In this document: one piece after another, positions 1-8,591 of the stretch
Layout: each line of letters opens with the position of its first letter
Position numbering within the stretch: position 1 is the stretch's first letter
Notes under the pieces: generated by a model
Told to the model about the DNA's origin: nothing
The model's database searches: none
What the model saw: only the letters and a program-made list of their open reading frames with translations
Position numbers and translations under genes: made by a program
Assembly (NCBI GenBank): GCA_963737065.1
Contig: CAVTRC010000001.1
Location: forward strand, 768,001 to 832,000
Length of the DNA stretch: 64,000 bases
Source of the DNA: Candidatus Eremiobacteria bacterium
Lineage (GTDB): Bacteria; Vulcanimicrobiota; Vulcanimicrobiia; Vulcanimicrobiales; Vulcanimicrobiaceae
Direction: 5' to 3'

Positions 1-2
1 GG

Positions 3-308
3 CTCGCGTCGCACGATCAACATGAACTCGCGGCGCGCCAAATGAGTGGGTTCGGCGGCCTGTTGAGTTTCGAAGTCAAAGGCAGCTTCGATGATGCCCG
101 GCGCGTGATCGATAACCTCTCGCTCGTGCACTCCGCCGTCAGTCTCGGCGGCGTTGAGTCGTTGATCGCGCAGCCTGCCGCGATGTGGTCCAACATCCCG
201 GAGTCGCCGGAGTCGCGGCTGATGGGGATCATTCCGTCGCTCTTGCGCCTCTCCGTCGGCGTTGAACGCATCGAGGACCTGATCGCAGATTTTCAGCGCG
301 CGCTATGA
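3..308 (+). CDS. PLP-dependent transsulfuration enzyme (cystathionine gamma-lyase/synthase family), C-terminal part, truncated by the window edge
   Basis: The frame is open from nt 3: LASHDQHELAARQMSGFGGLLSFE...SLGGVESL...LLRLSVGVE, the typical MetB/MetC/Mgl C-terminus. Confidence 0.85.
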   Translation, partial: LASHDQHELAARQMSGFGGLLSFEVKGSFDDARRVIDNLSLVHSAVSLGGVESLIAQPAAMWSNIPESPESRLMGIIPSLLRLSVGVERIEDLIADFQRAL

Positions 309-1129
309 AGGCGGTCTGGACGCCGGAGATGGAAGTCGGCGAAGAGCTTGCGCAGCGGCTGATCGCGTCGCAGTTTCCCGAGTTTCGCGGTGCGCCGGTT
401 CGCCGCGTAGCAAACGGCTGGGATAACGTTGCCTTCCTCGTCGATGAACGCATCGTCTTCCGCTTTCCGCAACGTGCTGTTGCCGCACCGCTCATCGAAC
501 GCGAAATCCAGTTCATGCCTACGATCGCGAAGCGGCTCAAAATCGCCGTTCCGGATCCCGTCTACGTCGGAACTGCTCAATTCGAGTACCCATGGCGATT
601 CGCCGGATACGAGTTCCTCGCCGGCACAACGGCGTGCGCGATATCCCTGACGCTGCAACAAGGGCGGCATCTGGCCGAAGATCTCGCACATTTCTTACGC
701 GCACTGCACGACATCGACGTGAAACCGTTCGATGCCTACCTGCCGCCCGACCTGATCGGCAAACTCGATCCGGTGCGATTGAACGTAAACCAGGAGCCGC
801 CGGCCGGGAAACACGTCCTCGTTCACGGGGACCTCTACGCGCGCCATCTTTTGCTTGACGACGCGAACCGGTTGTGCGGCGTAATCGACTGGGGCGACGT
901 TCACTGCGGTCATCCCGCCGTCGACCTCTCGGTCGTCCACATGATCGTGCCGCCGCGCGATCACGCCGTTTTCTTCGACGCATACGGGAACGTCGACGAA
1001 CACACGTGGCGCTTTGCGCGCCACCGCGCACGATATCACGCGAGCATGACGTTGAACTACGGTTCGATCATCGGCGATGAAGCGCTAAAAACCGCTGCCC
1101 GCACGGCGCTGCAATTCATAGAGCATTAG
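305..1129 (+). CDS. Aminoglycoside phosphotransferase (APH)/choline kinase-like protein
   Basis: GWDN...FRFP N-lobe, HGDLYARH (Brenner-like) and IDWGD motifs; ATGA overlap with the upstream gene. Confidence 0.85.
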   Translation: MKAVWTPEMEVGEELAQRLIASQFPEFRGAPVRRVANGWDNVAFLVDERIVFRFPQRAVAAPLIEREIQFMPTIAKRLKIAVPDPVYVGTAQFEYPWRFAGYEFLAGTTACAISLTLQQGRHLAEDLAHFLRALHDIDVKPFDAYLPPDLIGKLDPVRLNVNQEPPAGKHVLVHGDLYARHLLLDDANRLCGVIDWGDVHCGHPAVDLSVVHMIVPPRDHAVFFDAYGNVDEHTWRFARHRARYHASMTLNYGSIIGDEALKTAARTALQFIEH

Positions 1130-1151
1130 CCGTTCAGACTCGATCGCAGCT

Positions 1152-2030
1152 CTAGTAGTTGTGCTCGCCGTGCTTGAATATTTTCGCGAGATTTGCGTCG
1201 GCATCAATCTCCACGTCGATCTCACCTTTACTCGAGCTCAACAGCGTGGTTACACCCGGTCCGTGTCCGGCGACGAACGATCGTCCGTGTACGACTACAC
1301 CGACCGAGATCGCGCCGCCGCGATAAATGCGTCCGTACGAGTTATCCGCATCGACGAGCGCGACGATGTCGCCCAAATGCAGATCGCGCAACCCATATTT
1401 CTCAGCGATCGCGTCGTCGAACGTTTGAATGTCGTAATCGCCGCGCACCACAGTTGCGCGCCCGAGTCCCGAACCCATGACTGCCGCAGGAACCGTCTTC
1501 GCGACGCGAACCTGCACGCGCCCGCCTTTCACGTCGACGCCCATCCGGTGAAACAGATCAGGGTCCGCGTTGAACGCTTTGACGCCCGGCGCATCCGGCA
1601 GCCGCATTCCCAAACCGCATGCCCACACTTGAATGCGATCGCCGATTGCCATTTTGCGCATGACGTCGAACGGAAAATCAATCATGACGTGTTCGACGCC
1701 GCCGTGCTTTCCGGTGACGCGTCCGCGCTCGCCCTTTGCGTCACCGCTGAGGACGACCGCCTCGTTGCCGACGCAGGCGAGCGTATTGAGCGCGGTGTTC
1801 TGACGGTCGTCGGGATGGCGCACGCTGACGCCGGGCTCGATATGGTCGGCCATGAAGGCAAACGCCGAATCGCCGACGCGCACGTTCGGCGTTATTCCGC
1901 CGACGGATGGAACGATCAGCGGCCGGCCGTCGAACGTCACCTCGTAGAGCCCGCTGTTGACGAGCATGGGGGCCGCCTCTCCGACGACGGCACTCATTAC
2001 TAATTCTTCGCGGTTGATTCGGACCGTCAA
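1152..2030 (-). CDS. DUF4438 (TM1086-like) protein
   Basis: VGGITPNVRVGDSA, DHIEPGVS, GKHGG, MGSGLG, GDYDI and GHGPGVT motifs; TTG start at 2030 preceded by AGGGAG. Confidence 0.75.
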   Translation of the reverse strand: MTVRINREELVMSAVVGEAAPMLVNSGLYEVTFDGRPLIVPSVGGITPNVRVGDSAFAFMADHIEPGVSVRHPDDRQNTALNTLACVGNEAVVLSGDAKGERGRVTGKHGGVEHVMIDFPFDVMRKMAIGDRIQVWACGLGMRLPDAPGVKAFNADPDLFHRMGVDVKGGRVQVRVAKTVPAAVMGSGLGRATVVRGDYDIQTFDDAIAEKYGLRDLHLGDIVALVDADNSYGRIYRGGAISVGVVVHGRSFVAGHGPGVTTLLSSSKGEIDVEIDADANLAKIFKHGEHNY

Positions 2031-2073
2031 CGGACTCCCTTCGATTCGTCGCGAACGCCTTAGCCGTTTCCAC

Positions 2074-2442
2074 ATGCAGATTCGCAAGCACTTCCGCTTT
2101 GAAGCGGCTCACGTTCTTCCGCACCACCCCGGCAAATGTTCCCGCATGCACGGGCATTCCTACCGCCTCGACGTCGCGGTTCGCGGACCGATTCACAGCG
2201 ATGGTCCGGCGCGCGGCATGATCGAAGATTTCGAGCAGATCAAGGCGATTGTCTGCGAGCACGTCGTCAATATTTTGGACCATCGGACGCTCAACGATCT
2301 CATCGATAATCCAACCGCCGAACACATCATCATGTGGATCTGGCGCGCATTGGAAAATCAGTTGAGCGGCCTCGACGAGCTCGTGCTGTGGGAGACCGCC
2401 ACGAGTTGCGCCGTGCTTCGGCGCAGCGATCTCGGGGCGTGA
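2074..2442 (+). CDS. queD: 6-carboxy-5,6,7,8-tetrahydropterin synthase
   Basis: FEAAH...C.RMHGHSY, LDHRTLND, NPTAE and WET motifs; ATG at 2074. Confidence 0.92.
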   Translation: MQIRKHFRFEAAHVLPHHPGKCSRMHGHSYRLDVAVRGPIHSDGPARGMIEDFEQIKAIVCEHVVNILDHRTLNDLIDNPTAEHIIMWIWRALENQLSGLDELVLWETATSCAVLRRSDLGA

Positions 2443-3017
2443 TGCTTCAGCTGGCTGAAATTTTCTATAGCATTCAAGGCGAGGGACTGTGGAGCGGAAC
2501 GCCGGCGGTTTTCGTTCGACTCGCCGGGTGTAATCTAGCCTGCGACTTCTGCGATACGGACTACGCGTTGAAATTCATGGCAAGCGTGCGCGAAGTCGTT
2601 GCGCGCGTCAACGAGCTCGGCGGTGATTGCCCGATGGTGATTCTCACCGGTGGTGAGCCGCTCGCCCAGGCCGAAACGCTCGACCTCATCAACGCGCTGC
2701 AAACGGACGGACGGCGCGTGCATATTGAATCGAACGGCACCATCTTCACCGAACTTCCGCCCGATGTATGGCTCTGCGTCTCTCCGAAGGAACGCGTCGA
2801 TCCGCGCATGGCGAAACGCGCGAACGAAGCAAAGCTGATCGTCGACGGGCGCGTGCCGGAGGAGCATCTTGCACTCTTCGAAGAGCAGTCCACCATTCTG
2901 TTACAGCCGGAAGGCAACAAGCGTCCGAACGTTGAGCTTGCATTGGCATACGCGAAGCTGCACCCTAAACGGTTTCGCATCTCGCTTCAAACCCACAAGT
3001 TGATTGGAGTCCCGTGA
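2442..3017 (+). CDS. queE: 7-carboxy-7-deazaguanine synthase (radical SAM)
   Basis: EIFYSIQGEG, CNLACDFCDT (CxxxCxxC), TGGEP, ESNG, VSPK and SLQTHK; start overlaps the queD stop. Confidence 0.93.
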   Translation: MLQLAEIFYSIQGEGLWSGTPAVFVRLAGCNLACDFCDTDYALKFMASVREVVARVNELGGDCPMVILTGGEPLAQAETLDLINALQTDGRRVHIESNGTIFTELPPDVWLCVSPKERVDPRMAKRANEAKLIVDGRVPEEHLALFEEQSTILLQPEGNKRPNVELALAYAKLHPKRFRISLQTHKLIGVP

Positions 3018-3631
3018 TTCTTCTCGTCTGTGCCGTCGCACAAGAACTGGAGTGGCTCAATTCTCGAGCGGGCGTTGAATTGCTCGTGAGCGGCGTTGGT
3101 CCGGTTGATGCAGCCGCGCGCGTGGCAACAGCGCTCGCGCAGAGACGCTACGACTTGGTGGTCAACGCCGGAATCGCGGGCGCGCTTCCGAGCGCGGCCA
3201 ACGTCGGCGACGGCGTTGTGGTCGGTGAAGAGTCGATGGAAGTGAGTCTCGAGACGGGCGAGCGCATCATGCTTTCCGACGGTGACATCATCGTCGATCG
3301 CGTGCCGGCAGATGCGCACCTCGTCGACGCGTTGACGGCGCTCGGCTTCCGGCTCGTCCGCGGTATCACCGTTTCGCGCGTCACGTCGACCGACGCAACC
3401 GCGCATCGCCTTCGCCAGCGCGGTGCGGACGTCGAGTCAATGGAAGGGTTCTCCGTTATGCGCGCGGCGCAACTTGCCGGCGTGCCGTGCGTCGAAGTAC
3501 GCGGCATCTCCAATGTCGCGGGCGACCGTGCGAAGAGCGGCTGGGATTTCGACGCCGGAGTACGCGGGCTCCGAAACGTGCTCAACGCCACCCTCGATCT
3601 TCTTCACACGATGCCGGCCCATGTTGACTGA
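3014..3631 (+). CDS. mqnB: Futalosine hydrolase (PNP/MTAN fold)
   Basis: SGVGPVDAA, NAGIAG, ESMEG, EVRGISN and the ...GDR..W tail; adjacent to mqnD. Confidence 0.85.
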   Translation: MILLVCAVAQELEWLNSRAGVELLVSGVGPVDAAARVATALAQRRYDLVVNAGIAGALPSAANVGDGVVVGEESMEVSLETGERIMLSDGDIIVDRVPADAHLVDALTALGFRLVRGITVSRVTSTDATAHRLRQRGADVESMEGFSVMRAAQLAGVPCVEVRGISNVAGDRAKSGWDFDAGVRGLRNVLNATLDLLHTMPAHVD

Positions 3632-4466
3632 GAACGAGACGTACACGCTCGCGTATTCACCTTGTCCCAACGATACGTACATCTTCGCGGCGCTCACGAA
3701 CCGATTGCTGAACGGCGCGCCCGATGTCCGCGTCCATCTCGCCGACATCGAACAACTCAACGATTCCGCTGCACGCGCGGAGTTCGCTCTCACGAAAGCG
3801 AGTTATGGCGCGATTCCGTTCTTGATGCGCGACTACCGGCTGCTGCGCGCGGGCGGCGCGCTGGGACGCGGCTGCGGCCCCCTCGTGCTCAGCCGCCCCG
3901 GTGAGCTGACGTCGCTGGACTCGCTGCGCGGTAAACGCATTGGGATTCCAGGCGAACGGACGACGGCGTTCATGCTGCTACAACTGGCGCTCGGCATGCG
4001 CCCCGCTACGGTCGAGATGCGCTTCGATGCGATCGTTGCGGCCGTCGCAAACGGTGAAGTGGATGCGGGACTCGTCATTCACGAATCCCGCTTCACGTAT
4101 CGCGATGCAGGACTGATCTCCGTCGCAGATCTCGGCGAATGGTGGGAAACCACGACCGGCATGCCGGTTCCGCTTGGCGGCATTCTCGTACGGAACGATA
4201 TCGAGGATGCACGCGCGGAAGCGATCAACGATGCGATCCGCGCGAGCCTTCGGTTTGCGCGCGAGCGCGAAACAGCCGTCATGCCGTACGTTCGAGAGCA
4301 CGCTTTCGAGATGAGCGACGACGTGATGCGAAAACACATCGACCTCTATGTGAACGCGTACAGCGACGACCTGGGCAACGACGGCGTCGCGGCCATTGAA
4401 GAACTGTTTCGCCGGGCACGCGCAGCGCGCATCATTCCGCAGGACACCGGTCTGCGAATGATATGA
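3621..4466 (+). CDS. mqnD: 1,4-dihydroxy-6-naphthoate synthase
   Basis: YSPCPNDT, GGALGRGCGP, IHESRFTY, DLGEWW, PLGG and HIDLYVN; ATG at 3621. Confidence 0.93.
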   Translation: MLTENETYTLAYSPCPNDTYIFAALTNRLLNGAPDVRVHLADIEQLNDSAARAEFALTKASYGAIPFLMRDYRLLRAGGALGRGCGPLVLSRPGELTSLDSLRGKRIGIPGERTTAFMLLQLALGMRPATVEMRFDAIVAAVANGEVDAGLVIHESRFTYRDAGLISVADLGEWWETTTGMPVPLGGILVRNDIEDARAEAINDAIRASLRFARERETAVMPYVREHAFEMSDDVMRKHIDLYVNAYSDDLGNDGVAAIEELFRRARAARIIPQDTGLRMI

Positions 4467-5683
4467 ATCGCCGACGACTCCTGGCCACGGCGGGCGCGGT
4501 TCTCGCCTCCCGCGCCTTTGCATACGGCGCGCCGCTTCCGCGCGCCAAGATCACGCTCGGCGATGAAGTGTTTTTGCGCGAGACGTGGCGCGAGCTCAAA
4601 GGGCGCGGCGTTGGCGTCATTACCAATCAAACCGGTGTGACGTCGCGTCTCGTCTCCATCGTCGATGAAATACGCGCCAATCCGGCAATTCGGGTCAAAG
4701 CGATCTACGCTCCCGAACACGGCTTCCGCGGCGACCGCACGGCGGGCGCGTACGTTGCATCATACACAGATGCGTCGAGCGGCCTGCCCGTCTACAGTTT
4801 GTATGGACCGACGCGTCATCCGAGCGCGTCGATGCTCGCCGGCGTCGACGTGCTGCTCTTCGACATTCAAGATGTCGGTTCGCGCGCGTACACGTTTATT
4901 TCAACGATGGCCTACGCAATGCAATCGGCAAAGCAATACGGCAAAGAGATATGGATTCTCGATCGTCCGAATCCCGTCGGCACGACGGTCGAAGGTCCCG
5001 TTCTCGAGCCGCCGTTTGAATCGTTTATCGGCCTCTATCCGATTGCGATGCGTCACGGCATGACGGTTGGCGAACTCGCGAAGCTCTTCAACGACCGCTT
5101 CGGTATCGGCGCACCGCTGCGCGTCATTCCGATGCGCGGGTACGATGCTTCGATGATTTGGCCGGACACCGGTTTGCAATGGGTGCAGAGCTCGCCAAAC
5201 ATTCCCGAATGGCAGACGACGTTTCCGTACCTCTGCACGGGGCTGATCGACAGCGCCGGCGTCAACAACGGCACCGGTTTTACCAAGCCGTTCTTTTATG
5301 CCGGTATGATCGGCGTTGACGGCAACGCGCTTGCGCGGCGCCTGAACGATCGGAATCTTCCCGGCGTGTACTTCCGTCCCGCGGCGTGGTCGCCGATTTC
5401 CGGTTTTTGGGAAGGCAAGGAACTCAGTGGCGTCGAGCTCGTCGTGTTCGATCCGCGTTCGTTTCTAGCCGTGCGAAGCGCCGTTGAAATTCTCGTCGCC
5501 GTACGTGAAGTTTCGCCGCACACCATCCACATCAAAGAGCCGAACGCCCTCGACCGCGATTGGGGAACGGCGAGTTTGCGCGAAGATCTCGTCGGCGGTG
5601 CGAGTGCGAATGCCATCGAGAACCGCTGGACCGCGGCAACGCAAGACTTCCGCCTGCTACGAAACCGCTACGCGCTGTATTAA
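4463..5683 (+). CDS. namZ: Exo-beta-N-acetylmuramidase NamZ family (DUF1343), with Tat-like signal
   Basis: MNRRRLL twin-arginine signal; TNQTG, PEHG, YSLYG, FDIQDVGSR.YT, LDRPNP, RHGMT.GELA and SPNIP. Confidence 0.88.
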   Translation: MNRRRLLATAGAVLASRAFAYGAPLPRAKITLGDEVFLRETWRELKGRGVGVITNQTGVTSRLVSIVDEIRANPAIRVKAIYAPEHGFRGDRTAGAYVASYTDASSGLPVYSLYGPTRHPSASMLAGVDVLLFDIQDVGSRAYTFISTMAYAMQSAKQYGKEIWILDRPNPVGTTVEGPVLEPPFESFIGLYPIAMRHGMTVGELAKLFNDRFGIGAPLRVIPMRGYDASMIWPDTGLQWVQSSPNIPEWQTTFPYLCTGLIDSAGVNNGTGFTKPFFYAGMIGVDGNALARRLNDRNLPGVYFRPAAWSPISGFWEGKELSGVELVVFDPRSFLAVRSAVEILVAVREVSPHTIHIKEPNALDRDWGTASLREDLVGGASANAIENRWTAATQDFRLLRNRYALY

Positions 5684-5711
5684 TCGCCGGCGTGCTACAA
5701 GCGGCTCGTCC

Positions 5712-6632
5712 TCATGACGAGCGGGCTCCCGCGGGATAGTCGCGATCGGTGAGGGGAACGTGCACGTACTCTTGCGCAGCGCGCGACACGCCGAGAAAAT
5801 CGAGAATGCGCCGCATGATCGCGCTGTCGTGGTCGACGACCTTGCGAACGTTCTTCATCTGGCGCGGATCGTTACCGGCCAGAAAGAATTCGTGCGCCGG
5901 CATCAGCGTCCAATACTTCTTGAAGGGATCGAAGATCTGCTCGCGCCACACCGGCGACGTTCCATCTTCATCGTCGCCGTGACGTTCACGAAATTTCCGT
6001 AAGAACTCGGCCGCGACGATGCGCAAGGTCTTTGCGTGACGGCCGTCGTCTTCGGCCGCACGCGGCGCCATCGCGCCGAGCACCGACGCGATTCTGTACG
6101 TCTGTTCTTCGGCGTACGAACGGATCGCGACCGACGCTTCGTAGGACGCCATGAAGATCGCGAGCACCGCCGGATGCAGCGCTTCAATGGCCGGCATGAG
6201 CGCCGAAAACAGTGGACTCTCCTCGCTGCGCGGCTCGATGCCCGGATATTGTTGGTCGGCGAGCCATTCGAGCTTCACCATCGTTGCAACGTGTGAGGCC
6301 TCATCGTTCATCAACGCGGAGAGCGCGCGACGGTACGCTACGTCGAGTTTCTCCACGTCGGCGTAGACCAAGAGCCGGCGCGCAATGGATACGGCAATTT
6401 CCTCCGCACGCGTTTGCACGGCGACCACGGACTTATAGAAGCGAGCGAGGCGGCGCGCGCGATTGGTGCTCACGTTGGTACGAATCGGGAAGAGCGGGGC
6501 GTCATTCCACGGCATGCGGTCGACATGCCAGTGATTGGCGATCATCTGATCCGCTAGATTACTCGCTACCGGGCGAAAGTCGCCGGCTCGGACGTCCGAG
6601 CCCAAGACCTCGGAAATAGAATGCGCCTGCAC
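5712..6632 (-). CDS. Ferritin-like (diiron four-helix bundle) protein, function unknown
   Basis: Spaced carboxylate/His motifs AEEIA...NDEASH...SYEAS...EDDGRH; GGGAGAGG SD before the GTG start. Confidence 0.6.
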   Translation of the reverse strand: MQAHSISEVLGSDVRAGDFRPVASNLADQMIANHWHVDRMPWNDAPLFPIRTNVSTNRARRLARFYKSVVAVQTRAEEIAVSIARRLLVYADVEKLDVAYRRALSALMNDEASHVATMVKLEWLADQQYPGIEPRSEESPLFSALMPAIEALHPAVLAIFMASYEASVAIRSYAEEQTYRIASVLGAMAPRAAEDDGRHAKTLRIVAAEFLRKFRERHGDDEDGTSPVWREQIFDPFKKYWTLMPAHEFFLAGNDPRQMKNVRKVVDHDSAIMRRILDFLGVSRAAQEYVHVPLTDRDYPAGARSS

Positions 6633-6714
6633 GAACCTCTCCCTTCATGGCGATTTCATCTACTGTTGACGCGCGGCCGAACGGTAAACCTGCTACGCGC
6701 GTGCGCAGTTTCGT

Positions 6715-7230
6715 CTACCGGTTAGCCTCGCCGCGAACGCGGATTTGATGTAACTGCCAGAGGTGCACGAAGCGGGTCAATTCTTCTTTCATCTGTTGCG
6801 AGATGTCGATGAACTTCATTCCATGCGCTAGTCGGCGGGTGCTCGGTATGTAAAAGGTCGACCGCACCGTTGCGCGCGCGTGCATAGGTTCGAACGGCGG
6901 CGGTTGTGCCTTCACGGTTTCAGGGCGTAGTCCGAACGGCGTCTGTTCGAAGACCTCTTTTTCGATCGTGAGTCCGGCGAGAAAATCTTCGGGAAGGCGG
7001 AAGTCGAGATCGAGCATCGAGCCTTGCAGCAAGTCCTCGTCTGTCGAAAGCCGTAGACCGCCGGCTGAAAGGTCGTTAACGCGTCCGTGACGGCGGCCCG
7101 CGCGATGCTCGAGCACGTAGAGCACGTCGAATTCGACGGGCATGCGAAACGCCGAGCGCTGTTGCGCGGGATCCGGCGGCGCTTTTTTCGGCGACTGCTG
7201 TGTGTGCTTTTTGCGCCAAAAAGAGAACAC
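6715..7230 (-). CDS. Stand-alone PilZ domain protein (putative c-di-GMP receptor)
   Basis: QRSAFR (RxxxR) and DLSAGG (DxSxxG) motifs, GMKF C-terminal strand. Confidence 0.8.
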   Translation of the reverse strand: MFSFWRKKHTQQSPKKAPPDPAQQRSAFRMPVEFDVLYVLEHRAGRRHGRVNDLSAGGLRLSTDEDLLQGSMLDLDFRLPEDFLAGLTIEKEVFEQTPFGLRPETVKAQPPPFEPMHARATVRSTFYIPSTRRLAHGMKFIDISQQMKEELTRFVHLWQLHQIRVRGEANR

Positions 7231-7391
7231 GACACGTCGACCTTAAGGCGAGCAGGCGGTGCTTCCTGCTCGGCAGGGCGCGTCACCGCGTGGCCCAAAC
7301 GCACGTCATGCATGATGGACCGGTTGACGCGGCGGCTGAATTCGGCAGAAACCACTCCAAGCGGCGCACGGCGCTGTAAGGTGCGCACTGC

Positions 7392-8585
7392 ATGACGGTC
7401 GAGCAGATCGCCGAATTGCTTGCCGCAAGCAACCGCGACGGTAAAGCCGTCGCCGTCACCGGCGGTGGGACGTTGAGCGGCATGGGCCGTCCGCCTGCGC
7501 GCACCGATGTTACACTCTCGATGCTTGCGCTCGACGCAATCATCGAAGATGCGCCGGCCGATCTCAGCGTCACCGTCGAGAGCGGCGTTCGCGTGCGTGT
7601 GCTCGCGCAGCGACTCGCGCGGCACGGAATGCACGTGCCGTTCGACGCCCCGCGCCCCGCTGACGCGACGGTCGGCGGGACGCTCGCAGCAGGGTGGTTA
7701 GGACCGCGCCGTCATCGATACGGACGCCCGCGCGATTTCGTCATCGGGTCGGTCGCGGTGCTTGCCGATGGAACGATCGCGCGCGCGGGCGGAATGGCGG
7801 AGAAAAGCGTTGCCGGCTACGACATGAGCCGGCTCTACGTTGGTTCGTTCGGAACGCTCGCCGTGATCGTTCAAGTGAACCTCAAAACAGCGACGGCGCC
7901 CGAAGTTTCGCGCGGATTTCATATGCGTCTTCCGGAAGGGACGCGAGCGCGTGCGCTCGAGTTACTCGCCGGATTGCCGGTCACGCCGGCGGCCGCATTC
8001 TGGATCGAAGGTTTCAAAACCGCAATTGACGGTGAGGACGGCGCAGAAGGCCGCCTCTACGTTCTACTCGAGGGAAGCGAGACGATCGTCGATCGCGGAA
8101 CGCGGGATCTCCGCGCCGCGATGGGACGCGCGGGCGTTCCGGAAACGCGGGTCGTCGACGCAGGTGCGCACGAAGCGTTCGAACGCGCCGTCGACGCGTA
8201 CATCGCCTGCGTCGGCGAACGGTCGATCACCTATCGCGTTCCCGCATTTATCGACGATGCGATCTCGCGCGTGAACCGCATGCGCACAATCGCAGCACGC
8301 TTCGAGTTGCGCACCGACGCGCTGATCGACGCCATGAACGGTGACGTCATCTTCCGCGTGAGCGACCTGGATGCCCATGCGCTCGGCGCAAAGATCCAAA
8401 TGTTCGACGATGCACTGCACGATGAAGAGCCGCAAGCGCTCGTCATCGCAGGCAAGCACCCCAACCGCGCTGTGCTCGCCGTGTGGGGCTCCGATACCGA
8501 CGGCGTCGAACGGATGCGCGCGCTCAAAGAGAAGTTCGATCCGAACCGGATTCTCAACCCCGGGTCTTTCTTGGCCGGCATCTGA
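7392..8585 (+). CDS. FAD-binding oxidoreductase, GlcE-like (VAO/PCMH family)
   Basis: GGGT, ATVGG.LAAG..GPRR..YG.PRD, K.VAGYD..L..GSFGTL and C-terminal LKEKFDPNRILNPG. Confidence 0.85.
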   Translation: MTVEQIAELLAASNRDGKAVAVTGGGTLSGMGRPPARTDVTLSMLALDAIIEDAPADLSVTVESGVRVRVLAQRLARHGMHVPFDAPRPADATVGGTLAAGWLGPRRHRYGRPRDFVIGSVAVLADGTIARAGGMAEKSVAGYDMSRLYVGSFGTLAVIVQVNLKTATAPEVSRGFHMRLPEGTRARALELLAGLPVTPAAAFWIEGFKTAIDGEDGAEGRLYVLLEGSETIVDRGTRDLRAAMGRAGVPETRVVDAGAHEAFERAVDAYIACVGERSITYRVPAFIDDAISRVNRMRTIAARFELRTDALIDAMNGDVIFRVSDLDAHALGAKIQMFDDALHDEEPQALVIAGKHPNRAVLAVWGSDTDGVERMRALKEKFDPNRILNPGSFLAGI

Positions 8586-8591
8586 ACCGAC

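Noticed and set aside
305..1129. Acquired aminoglycoside resistance gene
   Set aside because: It is a generic APH-fold kinase coupled to a metabolic gene, with no mobile context and an unknown substrate.
2031..2073. preQ1 riboswitch upstream of queD
   Set aside because: The spacer is only 43 nt, with no aptamer stem or A-rich tail.
2074..3017. queD/queE as a 7-deazaguanine DNA-modification (dpd) defence island
   Set aside because: There is no dpdA/tgtA5 or helicase gene nearby, and the context is housekeeping.
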